Below are positions 11,041 through 20,876 of a DNA stretch of 64,000 bases, piece by piece. Below the pieces are notes generated by a model. It searched no databases, had not been told where the DNA came from, and saw only the letters and a list, made by a program, of their open reading frames with translations. A program made the translations under genes and the position numbers. This DNA comes from Ostreococcus lucimarinus. Taxonomy: Eukaryota. Positions within the stretch are counted from its first letter, which is position 1. The number at the start of each line of letters is the position of its first letter. The stretch is taken from NCBI GenBank assembly GCA_000092065.1, contig CP000581.1; one strand, 5' to 3'.

Positions 11041-14000
11041 CTATTTGTCCAAAATTGTCAAACCGATCTCGCGTCCGAGTTCCAACAACCATCGGAGTTC
11101 CGTCGGGGCGAAATACTTGTGCACACCAAACTTCGGGTCGGCGGTCATTTCAATTATTTGTGTCGTTCCAGTGCGCGTGGCGGCTTCGACTTGCGCCGCT
11201 TGGATCACGAGCGAAGGCACGCAGATTGCCCGACATAACGCATGTACCAACGTCTCGCTACTGCCACCGACTGATTGTACGTCGAGCGTGACTTCTTGTC
11301 CTGGGAGATCACCCTTGACGCAGTCGGCCATCGCCAGCGAGACGTCTTGGTATAGCGACGCTCGATCTTCATCGTTGCATTCGGTGGAGATCTGCACGAC
11401 GACTTGACCGTACTCACCTTCCACGCGCGCAGGACACTCGCCGGGCGTGACGCCTACAGTCGCGCTCACCTCAACGACGCCTTGAGCGAACTTTGAGCCA
11501 AGCAACGTCTCGAGATCTCGGGCGATTTGCTCAATACTCATATTCGCCGAAGTCAATGGGTCGTCGAAAGCTTTGGCGACGGGAATCGCGACAACCCGTA
11601 GCGTCGCGTCGCCCGTTTGTTCCATGTCGTCGTACAACGCTTCGTCGTCGAGCCAATTCTCCGACCGAAGAAGCGCCACGACGGCGTCGATGGCGTCGCG
11701 TGCCTTCGCCAGCTCGTCTTCAGTCACTTCCCCCGCTGAATTTGGAGCGTACGGGCGAGTGTTTTGTGCCGCTACGTCTAGTCGTCTCGATTCGTTCACG
11801 CTCCAGACTTGCTTCCATTGCGAAATAGCCTCCGTGGCGGCGAGGTATCTCGCCCAGTCGGCAAGTTCAGCCGCAGCGGCCGCGGCTCCGTTCGCTCTCG
11901 CTTCCTCTTGCGCGACTTCTGGAAGCTCCTCGAGTAGGATGACGCGAGCACGGAGTTCACCATCCACTGGGGCGTCATTCGCAAAGACCTCGATCGACGT
12001 TCGCTGGCACATGAGTTGGCGGAGCAGCAAACACGCGTGTTTCACCGCTTCTGGGTACGTCTCACTCGTAACGCACGCCCACTGGAGCATCAAACGTCGA
12101 TACTCGGGTCCTCGGTGAACGTTCACGAGACTCGTGGAGTCGCTTAAGGCTCTCGTGACGATTTCTCGCCACCCGCCCGGGCCCTCTATTTCCATCCAAA
12201 GCGCCGCCTCGGCGTAACACAGCGTCTTGCGAGAAAGCACGGCGGGCGCCAGGAGATCCAAGAAATTGGCGTACGTTTCAATCAACAGAGGGTGTCTCAA
12301 GTGCACCACGTACGCTGGCACCAACGCGTAACGCTTGTTTGCGATCAAGTGCACAACGTACAAGTTGAGCACCTTATTCAAGTGAAAGTAAAGCTCGCCT
12401 CCGGGAGATAATCCACCACCTTCCGGCAACAACGACTCTAAAAACAGTAGCGCATGCGCGGTAAAGCGGGTGAGACCAATGTCGAGCGGCTCGGAACTTA
12501 CACGTTCGACATTTGAATCAAGCTCGTCCTCAGGGAAGATCCATCGCATCATATGGTCCAACAATAACTCCTTCATCTTACCGAGAATCAAGTGCGTCTG
12601 CACCGTTCGATGCGCGTCGGCGTCGGGAAAACGTTCGGGCATCTTGACTAGCAAAATTTCTTCCACTGTCTTTGGCGTCGCGTTGATGACGTCTCGCGTT
12701 GGCCATCGTGGTTCGCCCAAACGATCCACAGCGTCATCCGTCGTCTCTAGCTCAGTCGGATCTCGCACGACTTCGCCAGGTTCAAAGTTTGACACGTCGT
12801 CGAGCACCTTGCCCGTGTTCACGACGGCATCGACCCGAAGATCGAACAGCGCTCGGGTGTAAGCCCACGCCGTGGACTCCCAATCACCCTCGCAAACGGC
12901 GAGCATCGTTTGTAAATCACCGCATAGCGCCCCGTACACACTCGCCTCATACTTGGCCGCGGGCGTTTGCGAAAGCTTGCCGGCTTTGTCGATGTGACGT
13001 GCGGCTACCATGCAGGTCCATTTCCACAGCGCGCGACGCGCAGTGCCGATACCGTCGCACTCGGCCGCAGTAGCATCGTCGTTGAGGTCAACTTCATTTT
13101 GTGCCGCGAGCGCGTCCTCGTCGCGAAGCGCCAAGAGCTTACGAATGTCTCGCTCGAGCTCTTCGTCAGCAGTGCTGCCGACTGGAGCCGGTCCCCAGCC
13201 CGAGGCACCGCCAAGCGAGGCGGCGCGCCAGTGCTGACCGACTTTGGAGCACAAATCGCGCGCCTCTTGCACGCTCCCAGCGCGAATGAGCTTCCACAAC
13301 CGTTTACACAATCGAACCTCCGCGTCCGCGTTGGACGGGTGCAGCGCCGATTTCGTGCGCATGGGCCCGTCCGGGTCCAGCGACGTCGACAGCGGATTAC
13401 CATCCGGATCACACTTAGCCGACGCGTCGATGGCATCCGCGGTTGCGCGCCAATCGCACTCATCTCGCAAAAACCTTCCATCGTACGCCGTGCCATCCAG
13501 CTCCGCTCTGCGAAGCGCTGAAGCCGAGTTGGCCTCCAACCACGCGATTATTCTATTCAATCTAAACGTCACCGGATCTCGCTCTTCGTCTCGAGACGCG
13601 CATCGCAGTCGACTGCGAAGCGGCGGCGGAAGAAAGTCTCCTCTCGTCCCGCCCTCCTCCCTCGGCGTCGCGCGCAGCACTTCAGTTTCCTTTTCCGCGC
13701 TCTCCCGCTCCACCGTCGCCCCGTCGCCGAGCAAGTGATAAATCAACGACCACGAGTGCGCCTCCCGCTCCAGCGCCTCGGCCTCGCCCACCTCACGCTT
13801 CGCCACGCTCGGCGCTCGCCGTCTTCGCGCCTCCGCTCGCGTCCGCAGTTCCCGCGCTCGCAACCGACACGCGTCTTCGAACATCGCCGCCGCCCCCCCC
13901 GCGCCCGCGCCTTCCCGTTTCACCCGCATCAGCGCCTCCGCGAACGCGAACTCCTCCGCGCGCACGTCATCCTCCACCGTCGTCCGCGCGTCCGCGTCGC

Positions 14001-14265
14001 TCTCCCGCGTCGCGCGCGCGCTCGCGAGCGTCTCATCGTCGAGCGCGCGCAGCGGCACCAACGGATTCAACGCGTCACCGTCATCGTTCGCGATCGCTTC
14101 GGCGCGTTTCTTCGGCGCGACCGCGTCGGCGTTCTCATCGTTCGCGAGATCGCCGTCGCTCGGCATCGCGCGCGTCGCCTCGCGCGCGCGTGTGCGCGCG
14201 GAATCGCTCGCGGCCGTCCTTCCCCTCGCGTCCCGCGACCGACCGCGTGGACGTCGTATGTGCAT
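11041..14265 (-). CDS. NUP107: Nucleoporin Nup107/Nup84-like (Y-complex).
   Basis: LNRIIAWLEANS and KRLWKLIRAGSVQEARDLCSKVGQHWRAASLGG match the Nup107/Nup84 signature (human [37 protein letters not shown]). ATG verified at 14265. An alternative start is MPSDGD at 14166. Confidence 0.8.
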   Translation of the reverse strand: MHIRRPRGRSRDARGRTAASDSARTRAREATRAMPSDGDLANDENADAVAPKKRAEAIANDDGDALNPLVPLRALDDETLASARATRESDADARTTVEDDVRAEEFAFAEALMRVKREGAGAGGAAAMFEDACRLRARELRTRAEARRRRAPSVAKREVGEAEALEREAHSWSLIYHLLGDGATVERESAEKETEVLRATPREEGGTRGDFLPPPLRSRLRCASRDEERDPVTFRLNRIIAWLEANSASALRRAELDGTAYDGRFLRDECDWRATADAIDASAKCDPDGNPLSTSLDPDGPMRTKSALHPSNADAEVRLCKRLWKLIRAGSVQEARDLCSKVGQHWRAASLGGASGWGPAPVGSTADEELERDIRKLLALRDEDALAAQNEVDLNDDATAAECDGIGTARRALWKWTCMVAARHIDKAGKLSQTPAAKYEASVYGALCGDLQTMLAVCEGDWESTAWAYTRALFDLRVDAVVNTGKVLDDVSNFEPGEVVRDPTELETTDDAVDRLGEPRWPTRDVINATPKTVEEILLVKMPERFPDADAHRTVQTHLILGKMKELLLDHMMRWIFPEDELDSNVERVSSEPLDIGLTRFTAHALLFLESLLPEGGGLSPGGELYFHLNKVLNLYVVHLIANKRYALVPAYVVHLRHPLLIETYANFLDLLAPAVLSRKTLCYAEAALWMEIEGPGGWREIVTRALSDSTSLVNVHRGPEYRRLMLQWACVTSETYPEAVKHACLLLRQLMCQRTSIEVFANDAPVDGELRARVILLEELPEVAQEEARANGAAAAAAELADWARYLAATEAISQWKQVWSVNESRRLDVAAQNTRPYAPNSAGEVTEDELAKARDAIDAVVALLRSENWLDDEALYDDMEQTGDATLRVVAIPVAKAFDDPLTSANMSIEQIARDLETLLGSKFAQGVVEVSATVGVTPGECPARVEGEYGQVVVQISTECNDEDRASLYQDVSLAMADCVKGDLPGQEVTLDVQSVGGSSETLVHALCRAICVPSLVIQAAQVEAATRTGTTQIIEMTADPKFGVHKYFAPTELRWLLELGREIGLTILDK

Positions 14266-14373
14266 ACAGTGTGACGTCGTATACGACGACGCCTCGAGAC
14301 GCGCGCGCCGCGCGTCGCGCGCGCGTCGGCGTCGTCACTGCGCGACCGCGACGGCGGATTCGCGCGCGGACGG

Positions 14374-15270
14374 ATGCGGTCCGTCGCGCGCGTCGCGCGC
14401 GTCGCCGCGCGCGCGCGCGACGCGCGAGGACGCGCCGAGACGCGCGATCGCGACCGCGGTGGCGTCCGCGCGCGGTGGCGCGCGCGACGTTCCGGAAGCC
14501 GCGGCGTCGCGCGCGACGCGGTGTGGGAACCGCGCGCGCGGGAGAAACGCGGTGGCGACGCGAACGATCGCGCGGTGGCGACGCGCGGACGAGAGATGGA
14601 GACGTTCGCGCACGAGGGGGCGACGACGGCGAATTTAGGGGCGTGGCTCGCGCGGCGAGGGGTCGCCGTGGAAAAGTTTGATCGCGCGAGAGGGACGAAG
14701 AATTTAGAGGATTTGCTCATCGAGCTGAAGAGCGGCGAGAGCGTGCTCGTGAGCGAGCGCGAGCGCGCGTCGGGGGAGAACGGAGGCGAAATGAATGAAG
14801 ACGCGCGGGAGACGTGCGTGCGATACGTCGACGTGCTGACGCTGCGCGTGCGAAGGCCGGGATCGAACGCGGAGGATGGGATGTGCTTGATCGAAAAGGA
14901 ACAGATTTTTGGTAAGAATGAGTTGAAGCGAAGACGAAATCGACCGCTGAGCGAAAAGATGAACTTTGGCGAGCACTGGCGCGATTGCGTCGAGCGCGCG
15001 GTGAGGGAAGAGTTGGGAAGCGCGCTCGGCGACGATTACGTCGTGGAGACGCTCGAGGACACGTACAAACTGTGCGTGAGCGAAGAGATGAGCGCCTCGT
15101 ACCCTGGATTGCGCAGTCGATTCGCGTTACACCGCGTCGACGCCATCGTGCACGGATTACCGGACGAAGACGAGTTCCAAAGCGAGGAAACCACGCACCG
15201 CGGCGTCTTGCGCGCGACGTGGCGCTTTGAAAAGTTTCGCTGGCCCGAAACCGACCCCGGTCCCGCGTGA
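14374..15270 (+). CDS. Hypothetical protein with a transit-peptide-like N-terminus.
   Basis: ATG at 14374. MRSVARVARVAARA... is followed by moderately GC coding-like composition (METFAHEGATTANLGAW...YVVETLEDTYKLCVSEE...). No family recognised. Confidence 0.45.
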   Translation: MRSVARVARVAARARDARGRAETRDRDRGGVRARWRARRSGSRGVARDAVWEPRAREKRGGDANDRAVATRGREMETFAHEGATTANLGAWLARRGVAVEKFDRARGTKNLEDLLIELKSGESVLVSERERASGENGGEMNEDARETCVRYVDVLTLRVRRPGSNAEDGMCLIEKEQIFGKNELKRRRNRPLSEKMNFGEHWRDCVERAVREELGSALGDDYVVETLEDTYKLCVSEEMSASYPGLRSRFALHRVDAIVHGLPDEDEFQSEETTHRGVLRATWRFEKFRWPETDPGPA

Positions 15271-15331
15271 CGCGCGAGGCGTGTCGTAGGCGTGTCGTAG
15301 TGTTGTATCATATGTTTTTCTACCCCTCTCC

Positions 15332-15383
15332 GCGCGTCGTCGAAGCGCGTCGTCGAAGCGCGTCGTCGAAGCGCGTCGTCGAG
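15332..15383. repeat. Tandem repeat, 13-bp unit GCGCGTCGTCGAA x4, in the AKR2 5' flank.
   Basis: Four consecutive copies (the last with one substitution) read directly. Confidence 0.85.
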
Positions 15384-15713
15384 CGCTTATCCACAACGAG
15401 ACAAGCCCTACGCCCTCACTTTGGAACTCGCGATGGCTGGTGCGTCTCGATCGCGCCTCGGCGCGCGCCTCGGCGCGCGCGACTCGAACGATCGTCCTCG
15501 GTCGCCGGGCGACGCGCGCGCGCGCGATCGACGACGAGCGTCCGAAAAGTCGTCCCGATGATGAGTCGGCGACTCGGCGATCTGATGCGTCTTCGCGACG
15601 ACGACGCGAGCGATCGCGGTCGTTTCTGCGGTGGAAACGCGCGTCGGGCGGTCGCTTGAGATGATACCTACGGACGCGCGCGACGGGACGAACGACTGAC
15701 GGCTGATGGTGCG

Positions 15714-16772
15714 ATGATAGGCGATTTACCTCCAGGATTCGGACTGCCCCCGGGCATGGCGATGCCGACGGGCGGCGGCGGGTCGCCGTTCGATATGGCG
15801 AAACTCCGTGAAATGCTCGATGATCCCGCGATTAAGGAGATGGCGGAACAGATCAGTAGTGATCCCAACTTCAAGGTGATGGCGGAACAAATGCAGGCGA
15901 ACATGGCGAACATGCAAGCGCAAATGGGAGCACTGCCGCCGGGGATGGGCATGCCGGCGGGCGGCATGACGGGTATGATGCCGGGGATGCCGGGGATGGG
16001 CGGCATGCCGGGGATGGATCAACCGGCCGCGATGGAAGCTATGCAAGGTGTCATGCAGAACCCCGCTTTCATGCAAATGGCGCAGAAGCTCGGGGAGCAA
16101 ATGATGGAGAACCCCGAGATGAAGGCTATGATGAACACGATGAACGACCCGGAAACGGCGGAAAAGATGAAGGCGAAGATGGAAGAATTGAAGAACGACC
16201 CGGAAATGAGTGAGATTATGAAAGAGATCGAGACCGGTGGTCCGCAAGCGATGATGAAGTACTGGAACGACCCCAAGGTGTTGAAGAAGATAAACGCCGC
16301 CATGGGCGACGTTGCGCCGATGTTTGGCGGCGGCGTGCCCGCCGAAGAGGCAGACGAAGAGGAAGACGAAGAAGACGAGGAAGAGGAAGGCGAAGAGGAA
16401 GAATCCGTTCTCACGGCCGCTTCCGAGGGTGACCACGAGGCGTTGCAGGCGTTTTTGAAGGAGGGACAGGACGTCAACATGAAGGATTCAGAAGGACGCA
16501 CCGCGTTGCACTTTGCCTGCGGTTACGGCGAGATGAAGTGCGCCGAAATCCTCGTCAAGGAAGGTTCGGACGTGAACGCGACTGATAAGAACAAGAATAC
16601 TCCGTTGCACTACGCTGCGGGTTACGGTCGCGTTGATCTCGTGGAGCTTTTGGTCGAAGGCGGCGCCTCGGTCACTTTGGTAAACAACGACGGCAAGTCT
16701 CCGTTGGATGTCGCCAAGTTGAACGACCAAGACGACGTCGTCAAGGCGCTCGAGAAAGACGTTTTTCTTTAA
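15714..16772 (+). CDS. AKR2: AKR2-like ankyrin-repeat protein (cytosolic chloroplast outer-envelope protein targeting factor family) with a Met/Gly/Pro-rich N-terminal region.
   Basis: C-terminus [90 protein letters not shown] closely matches plant AKR2A. ATG verified at 15714. Confidence 0.85.
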   Translation: MIGDLPPGFGLPPGMAMPTGGGGSPFDMAKLREMLDDPAIKEMAEQISSDPNFKVMAEQMQANMANMQAQMGALPPGMGMPAGGMTGMMPGMPGMGGMPGMDQPAAMEAMQGVMQNPAFMQMAQKLGEQMMENPEMKAMMNTMNDPETAEKMKAKMEELKNDPEMSEIMKEIETGGPQAMMKYWNDPKVLKKINAAMGDVAPMFGGGVPAEEADEEEDEEDEEEEGEEEESVLTAASEGDHEALQAFLKEGQDVNMKDSEGRTALHFACGYGEMKCAEILVKEGSDVNATDKNKNTPLHYAAGYGRVDLVELLVEGGASVTLVNNDGKSPLDVAKLNDQDDVVKALEKDVFL

Positions 16773-16889
16773 AATTCCAACGACATTGATTGATGTGATT
16801 GATGACTTTAAAACTCAACACTCTACAGTACACATAAAAGGCTAAATTCTAATGTACTCGCGCTTCTACGACTTCGCGGCTGAACGCGC

Positions 16890-18077
16890 CTAAATGAATA
16901 AAGAGTGATCTGCTTCGACGCGCTCGCGTAGTTTTGTCCCTCGCCGACACAGTCTCTCGAAGACATCGCCCGGCATGATCGCTAGTGCGGTGTTTTTCAC
17001 CAACGAACGCACCGAACATCGTCTCGGGATGCGGCCTTTGAGCACCTCGTAATCTCCAAAGTAGCAACCTCGAATAAACTTTGCGACCTCAACCTCGGAC
17101 TTTTGATCCGCTCTCTTCATGTCCAGCGCGCGCTGTCGCACCGATGCCGACATGTCCGACGCGTCAGCATTCAAGTGCGCCACTTGCGTCGGGATTGGGC
17201 GCAATATCGTCATAGGGTCGTTCGCGAACTTGAGCGCCTCTCGCGTGTGCACCCGCGGATGCCGCGGGTGCACCAGCTTGGTCGCCGCGCACGCGCCTCG
17301 AATGACGAAGTACACCGAGTACCCACCGGAACGGGAATTGCGCTGCTCGTGATCCCACGCTTGGCCTTCTTTTAGCACGTACTCGCCTTCATCGTACACC
17401 ACCTGTCGCACCAAACCTCTTTTAAATATGTCCCGCTCGCGCAACCCGCCGCCGAATACGTTCTCGCCCTGACACAACTGAATCGCCCGCATGAACTCCT
17501 CCAACGCCTCCTCGCTCGCATCTGGTCCACACTCCACTTTCGTCGACGACACGTCGCCCACGCTCTCGTCGATCACGGTACTACGACCGACGAGCACGTC
17601 TTCCTCTTCGTCCTTGGCGCTCGCGTCGCTCGCCGTCGCCTGAGAATCCGTTCGGGACGTCGAGCTCGATATCCCCGACGCGACCGACGCGACCGACCCA
17701 TCGTCATCGTCAAATTCACTGCGTTCGTCGTCGTCGTCGTCGTCGTCGTTCTCTCCGTCGCGCCATCCTCGTCCGCGTCGTCGCTCGCGCGTCCCGTCGT
17801 CGTCGCGCGGCGGCGACGAACGCGAATACGACGACGATGCGTACGACGACGAATGCGACGACGTCCAGCGCTCGCCTTCGGCGCGGTGCGACTCGGTGCG
17901 CGTCCCGTCGTCGTCGCGGGAGTCGCGCGACGTCGCGTCGTCGTCGTCGTCGTCGTCGTCGAGCTCGCCGCGCGCGCGCGATGTTTTCGCGTCGCGCCCC
18001 GGCGCGCGCACGCACGGCAGGACGACGCCGACGACGCGCAGGATGCCGGCGCGCAACTCGCGACGCGTGACCGGCAT
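16890..18077 (-). CDS. Cyclic nucleotide-binding domain protein with long poly-Asp acidic tracts.
   Basis: cNMP-binding signature FGGG...YVLKEGQA...YFVIRG...[23 protein letters not shown]...[11 protein letters not shown] in the C-terminal half. The ORF-track start at 18194 is TTG. First ATG at 18077. The 5' structure is uncertain. Confidence 0.55.
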   Translation of the reverse strand: MPVTRRELRAGILRVVGVVLPCVRAPGRDAKTSRARGELDDDDDDDDATSRDSRDDDGTRTESHRAEGERWTSSHSSSYASSSYSRSSPPRDDDGTRERRRGRGWRDGENDDDDDDDERSEFDDDDGSVASVASGISSSTSRTDSQATASDASAKDEEEDVLVGRSTVIDESVGDVSSTKVECGPDASEEALEEFMRAIQLCQGENVFGGGLRERDIFKRGLVRQVVYDEGEYVLKEGQAWDHEQRNSRSGGYSVYFVIRGACAATKLVHPRHPRVHTREALKFANDPMTILRPIPTQVAHLNADASDMSASVRQRALDMKRADQKSEVEVAKFIRGCYFGDYEVLKGRIPRRCSVRSLVKNTALAIMPGDVFERLCRRGTKLRERVEADHSLFI

Positions 18078-18264
18078 GACGCGCGCCGACGCGACGGGCG
18101 CGCGCGGTCGTGTGCGGCGCGTCGCGGCGAGGCGTTCGGCGCGGCGTCGACGCGGCGAGCGCGGAGACGAACGCGGAACGAATGTGATGTACAACGGCGA
18201 GTCGGCTCCGTCGCGCGCGCGCGCTCACGCGTCCGAACGCGAACGAGACGCGAACGCGAACGCG

Positions 18265-18993
18265 TCAGATTCGCTTGGCCATGAGAAGTTTGGTTCGTCC
18301 CCGCAAGACGTCGTACGGCGTCCGAAACGGCGCGCGAATCGTCTCGTATCCCGCCTTCTCGTACGCCCGCACCGCGCCTCGATTTTCTTCGTACACGTGC
18401 AACAGCGCGACGTTAAACCCCCACTCTCGCGCCACGCGCTCGCCCGCGCGCATCAACAGGCTCGCCAGCGCCCGTCGTCGATGCGCCTCGTCCACCGTCA
18501 TGCACGACAGGTACGCGTACTCCTCCGCGTCGTCCTCGCCTCGCGCCTCGCGCAGCGCCTCGATCGCCTCGAAATCGCGCTGTATCGACACCTCGCACGC
18601 GCCGACGATGACGTCGTCCACCGTCGCGACGAGCGGCGCGAACCGTCCCGCGCGCGCGTACGCGTACTTTTTCCGCAGCGTCCGCGCGACGTCCCACGCG
18701 AACGCCGCGCGCAGCGGTCCGTCGATCGCGTCGATCGTGCCCGCGCCGCGCCCGAGCGCGGGCTCGTAGAAACCTCTCGTCTGCAGCCGCGCGAGCGCGT
18801 CGAGCTCGTCGCGCTCGGCGAAGCGCGCGACGCGACCGCGCGCGTCGCGCAGCACCTCCCCGCTCGGGTCCTCGCCGCGCCGCGTCACCGCGCGTCGCCG
18901 CGCCGTCGTCCCGCGCCGCGCGCGTCGCGCGCGTCGCGACGCGTCGCAGCGCGCCCGCGCGCCCGCGCTCTGTCGCGCGCGCGCCAGCGCCAT
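18265..18993 (-). CDS. GNAT-family N-acetyltransferase with an Arg/Ala-rich presequence.
   Basis: [59 protein letters not shown] (GNAT motifs A and B). The only in-frame ATG upstream of the domain is at 18993. Confidence 0.7.
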   Translation of the reverse strand: MALARARQSAGARARCDASRRARRARRGTTARRRAVTRRGEDPSGEVLRDARGRVARFAERDELDALARLQTRGFYEPALGRGAGTIDAIDGPLRAAFAWDVARTLRKKYAYARAGRFAPLVATVDDVIVGACEVSIQRDFEAIEALREARGEDDAEEYAYLSCMTVDEAHRRRALASLLMRAGERVAREWGFNVALLHVYEENRGAVRAYEKAGYETIRAPFRTPYDVLRGRTKLLMAKRI

Positions 18994-19080
18994 GGCGGCA
19001 CTTCGATGCGCGCCGCGCTCTGTCGCGCGCGCGTCGCTTCGCCGCCTCGACGCCGTCGCGTCGTCGCGTCGCGCGCCGCG

Positions 19081-19641
19081 ATGGACGTCACGTTCGTCAC
19101 CTCGAACGCGCGCAAGCTCGCGGAGGCGCGCGCGATCCTCGGCGCGACGCCCGCGTTGACGCTGACGTCGCGCGCGCTCGACCTGCCCGAGCTCCAGGGC
19201 GAACCCGAGGACGTGGCGCGCGCCAAGGCGCGGCGCGCCGCGAGCGTCGTCAACGGTCCGGCGCTCGTCGAGGACACGTCGCTGTGCTACGACGCCCTCG
19301 GCGGGCTCCCGGGGGTGTACGTGAAGTGGTTCCTGGAGAAGACGGGACCGGAGGGACTCGTCGACGCGCTCGCGGCGTACGACGACAAGAGCGCCGAGGC
19401 GCTGTGCGTGCTCGCGTACGCGACGGGACCGACGGACGAAGCGCCGCGAACGTTCGTGGGGCGAACGCGAGGGCGAATCGTGCGCCCGAGAGGGTCGAGA
19501 GATTTCGGATGGGACTGCGTGTTCGAGCCGGAGGGACGCGCGGAGACGTACGCGGAGATGGACGCGGCGACGAAGAATTCCATCTCGCACAGGTATCGCG
19601 CGTTCGAGCTGTTTCGAGCGCACGTCGCGAACACGGCGTGA
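19081..19641 (+). CDS. ITPA: Inosine triphosphate pyrophosphatase (ITPase/HAM1).
   Basis: [16 protein letters not shown]...[11 protein letters not shown]...[32 protein letters not shown]...[10 protein letters not shown]...FGWDCVFEP...[13 protein letters not shown] at 19081, divergent from the GNAT gene, 87 bp between start codons. Confidence 0.9.
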   Translation: MDVTFVTSNARKLAEARAILGATPALTLTSRALDLPELQGEPEDVARAKARRAASVVNGPALVEDTSLCYDALGGLPGVYVKWFLEKTGPEGLVDALAAYDDKSAEALCVLAYATGPTDEAPRTFVGRTRGRIVRPRGSRDFGWDCVFEPEGRAETYAEMDAATKNSISHRYRAFELFRAHVANTA

Positions 19642-19664
19642 TGTAATGAAACGCTCGCGATGCG

Positions 19665-20744
19665 ATGACGCGGACGACGTCGCGGACGCGTCGCGACGCG
19701 GGACGACGCGCGACGCGCGCGCGAAGCGCGGCACAACGCGCCGCGGCGGCTCGACGACGCGCCATGACCGAACTCACCCCGTACGAGCTCGAGCGCGAGC
19801 GCAGAATCGCGGTGAACCGACAGCGCATGCTCGCCCTCGGTTTGCGTCGCGACGACGTGCGCATGCACGACGCGTCGCGCGCGCGCGCGTCGGGGAAAGA
19901 TTCAAAAGCGGCCGCGACAGCTCGAGCGGTGAAATCGCCGACGAAATCGCGTCGCGCGCGCGACGCGAGCGAACGCGACGACGTCCGACGGTCGTCTCGA
20001 CGGCGTGGGATCGCGCCCGAGCGCTTCGCGTCGACGAGCGACGACGCGCGCGAGAGCGATGGAGGCGAGGGGTCGAGGCGAGGCGACGACGAGACGACGG
20101 CTGAGACGCGAGCGCTGCACGAACGCGCGGCGGAGGCGTACGCGGCGAGAAACGCGGGGAAACAGGCGCGCGCGGCGATCGTGGGGACGACGTCGTATAA
20201 TCACACGCTCATGCGCGTGAAGACGATGGACGAACGAGGGCTGGAGCGAAGGATGCACGCCATCAGAAACGCGCGCGGAAAGCACTGCGTGACGAAGATG
20301 CGGCTGTTCGCTCGAGTGTTGTTTTTGGAGGGATACGAGGACTTAGCGGGGATGTGCGTGGAGGCGCTGGAGGAATTAGTGGCGGAACTGGGCGATCCGG
20401 ACGAGGAGGACATGAAGGCGGCGGCGGTGGACATCGCGCGAGAGGAGAGAGACGGAGCGAACTTTCGTTGCGACGCCGCCACCGACTTGTCGGACCCGTC
20501 CGTGTACGCGGACGTCGTTCGCATCGAAGCCAAAGCCGTGAGCGCGATGGCGGTGGATGAAAAACCTACGAGCGCCGCGCTCGCGGGAATCCCCAACGCG
20601 AATCGCTGGCAGGTCGCCGCCGCGGCGCTCGTCGGCGCCGACGGCGCGCTCAAGCCGAGCGGCAACGTCGTGTCGTTCGACAAAAACGGCGCGTACCACG
20701 TCGCGCGCGTCACGCCCGAGATGCGTAAAAAGATGAAGAGATGA
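19665..20744 (+). CDS. Hypothetical protein.
   Basis: ATG at 19665 (alternative MTELTPYELERE at 19764). Coding-like composition in the 3' two-thirds. No family recognised. A tandem repeat lies at the stop. Confidence 0.4.
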   Translation: MTRTTSRTRRDAGRRATRARSAAQRAAAARRRAMTELTPYELERERRIAVNRQRMLALGLRRDDVRMHDASRARASGKDSKAAATARAVKSPTKSRRARDASERDDVRRSSRRRGIAPERFASTSDDARESDGGEGSRRGDDETTAETRALHERAAEAYAARNAGKQARAAIVGTTSYNHTLMRVKTMDERGLERRMHAIRNARGKHCVTKMRLFARVLFLEGYEDLAGMCVEALEELVAELGDPDEEDMKAAAVDIAREERDGANFRCDAATDLSDPSVYADVVRIEAKAVSAMAVDEKPTSAALAGIPNANRWQVAAAALVGADGALKPSGNVVSFDKNGAYHVARVTPEMRKKMKR

Positions 20745-20790
20745 TGAAATGAGATGATGAAATGAGATGATGAGATGATGATGCGTTCGA
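20738..20790. repeat. Tandem repeat (GAGATGATGAAAT-like units) overlapping the stop codon and 3' flank of the 19665..20744 gene.
   Basis: gagatgatgaaatgagatgatgaaatgagatgatgagatgatgatg. Confidence 0.8.
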
Positions 20791-20876
20791 AAAAGTAGTC
20801 GGGACGCGCGTCGCCGCGCGCGATGTGACTTTGCGTCGACGCCGACGCCGACGCCGCGACGCCACACGCCGACGCG

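Noticed and set aside
17896-19080. 5' 395 aa of the 581-aa plus-strand ORF upstream of ITPA.
   Set aside because: Extremely Arg/Ala-rich low-complexity translation of a GC island. It overlaps the GNAT gene antisense. Only the ITPA portion from ATG 19081 is credible.
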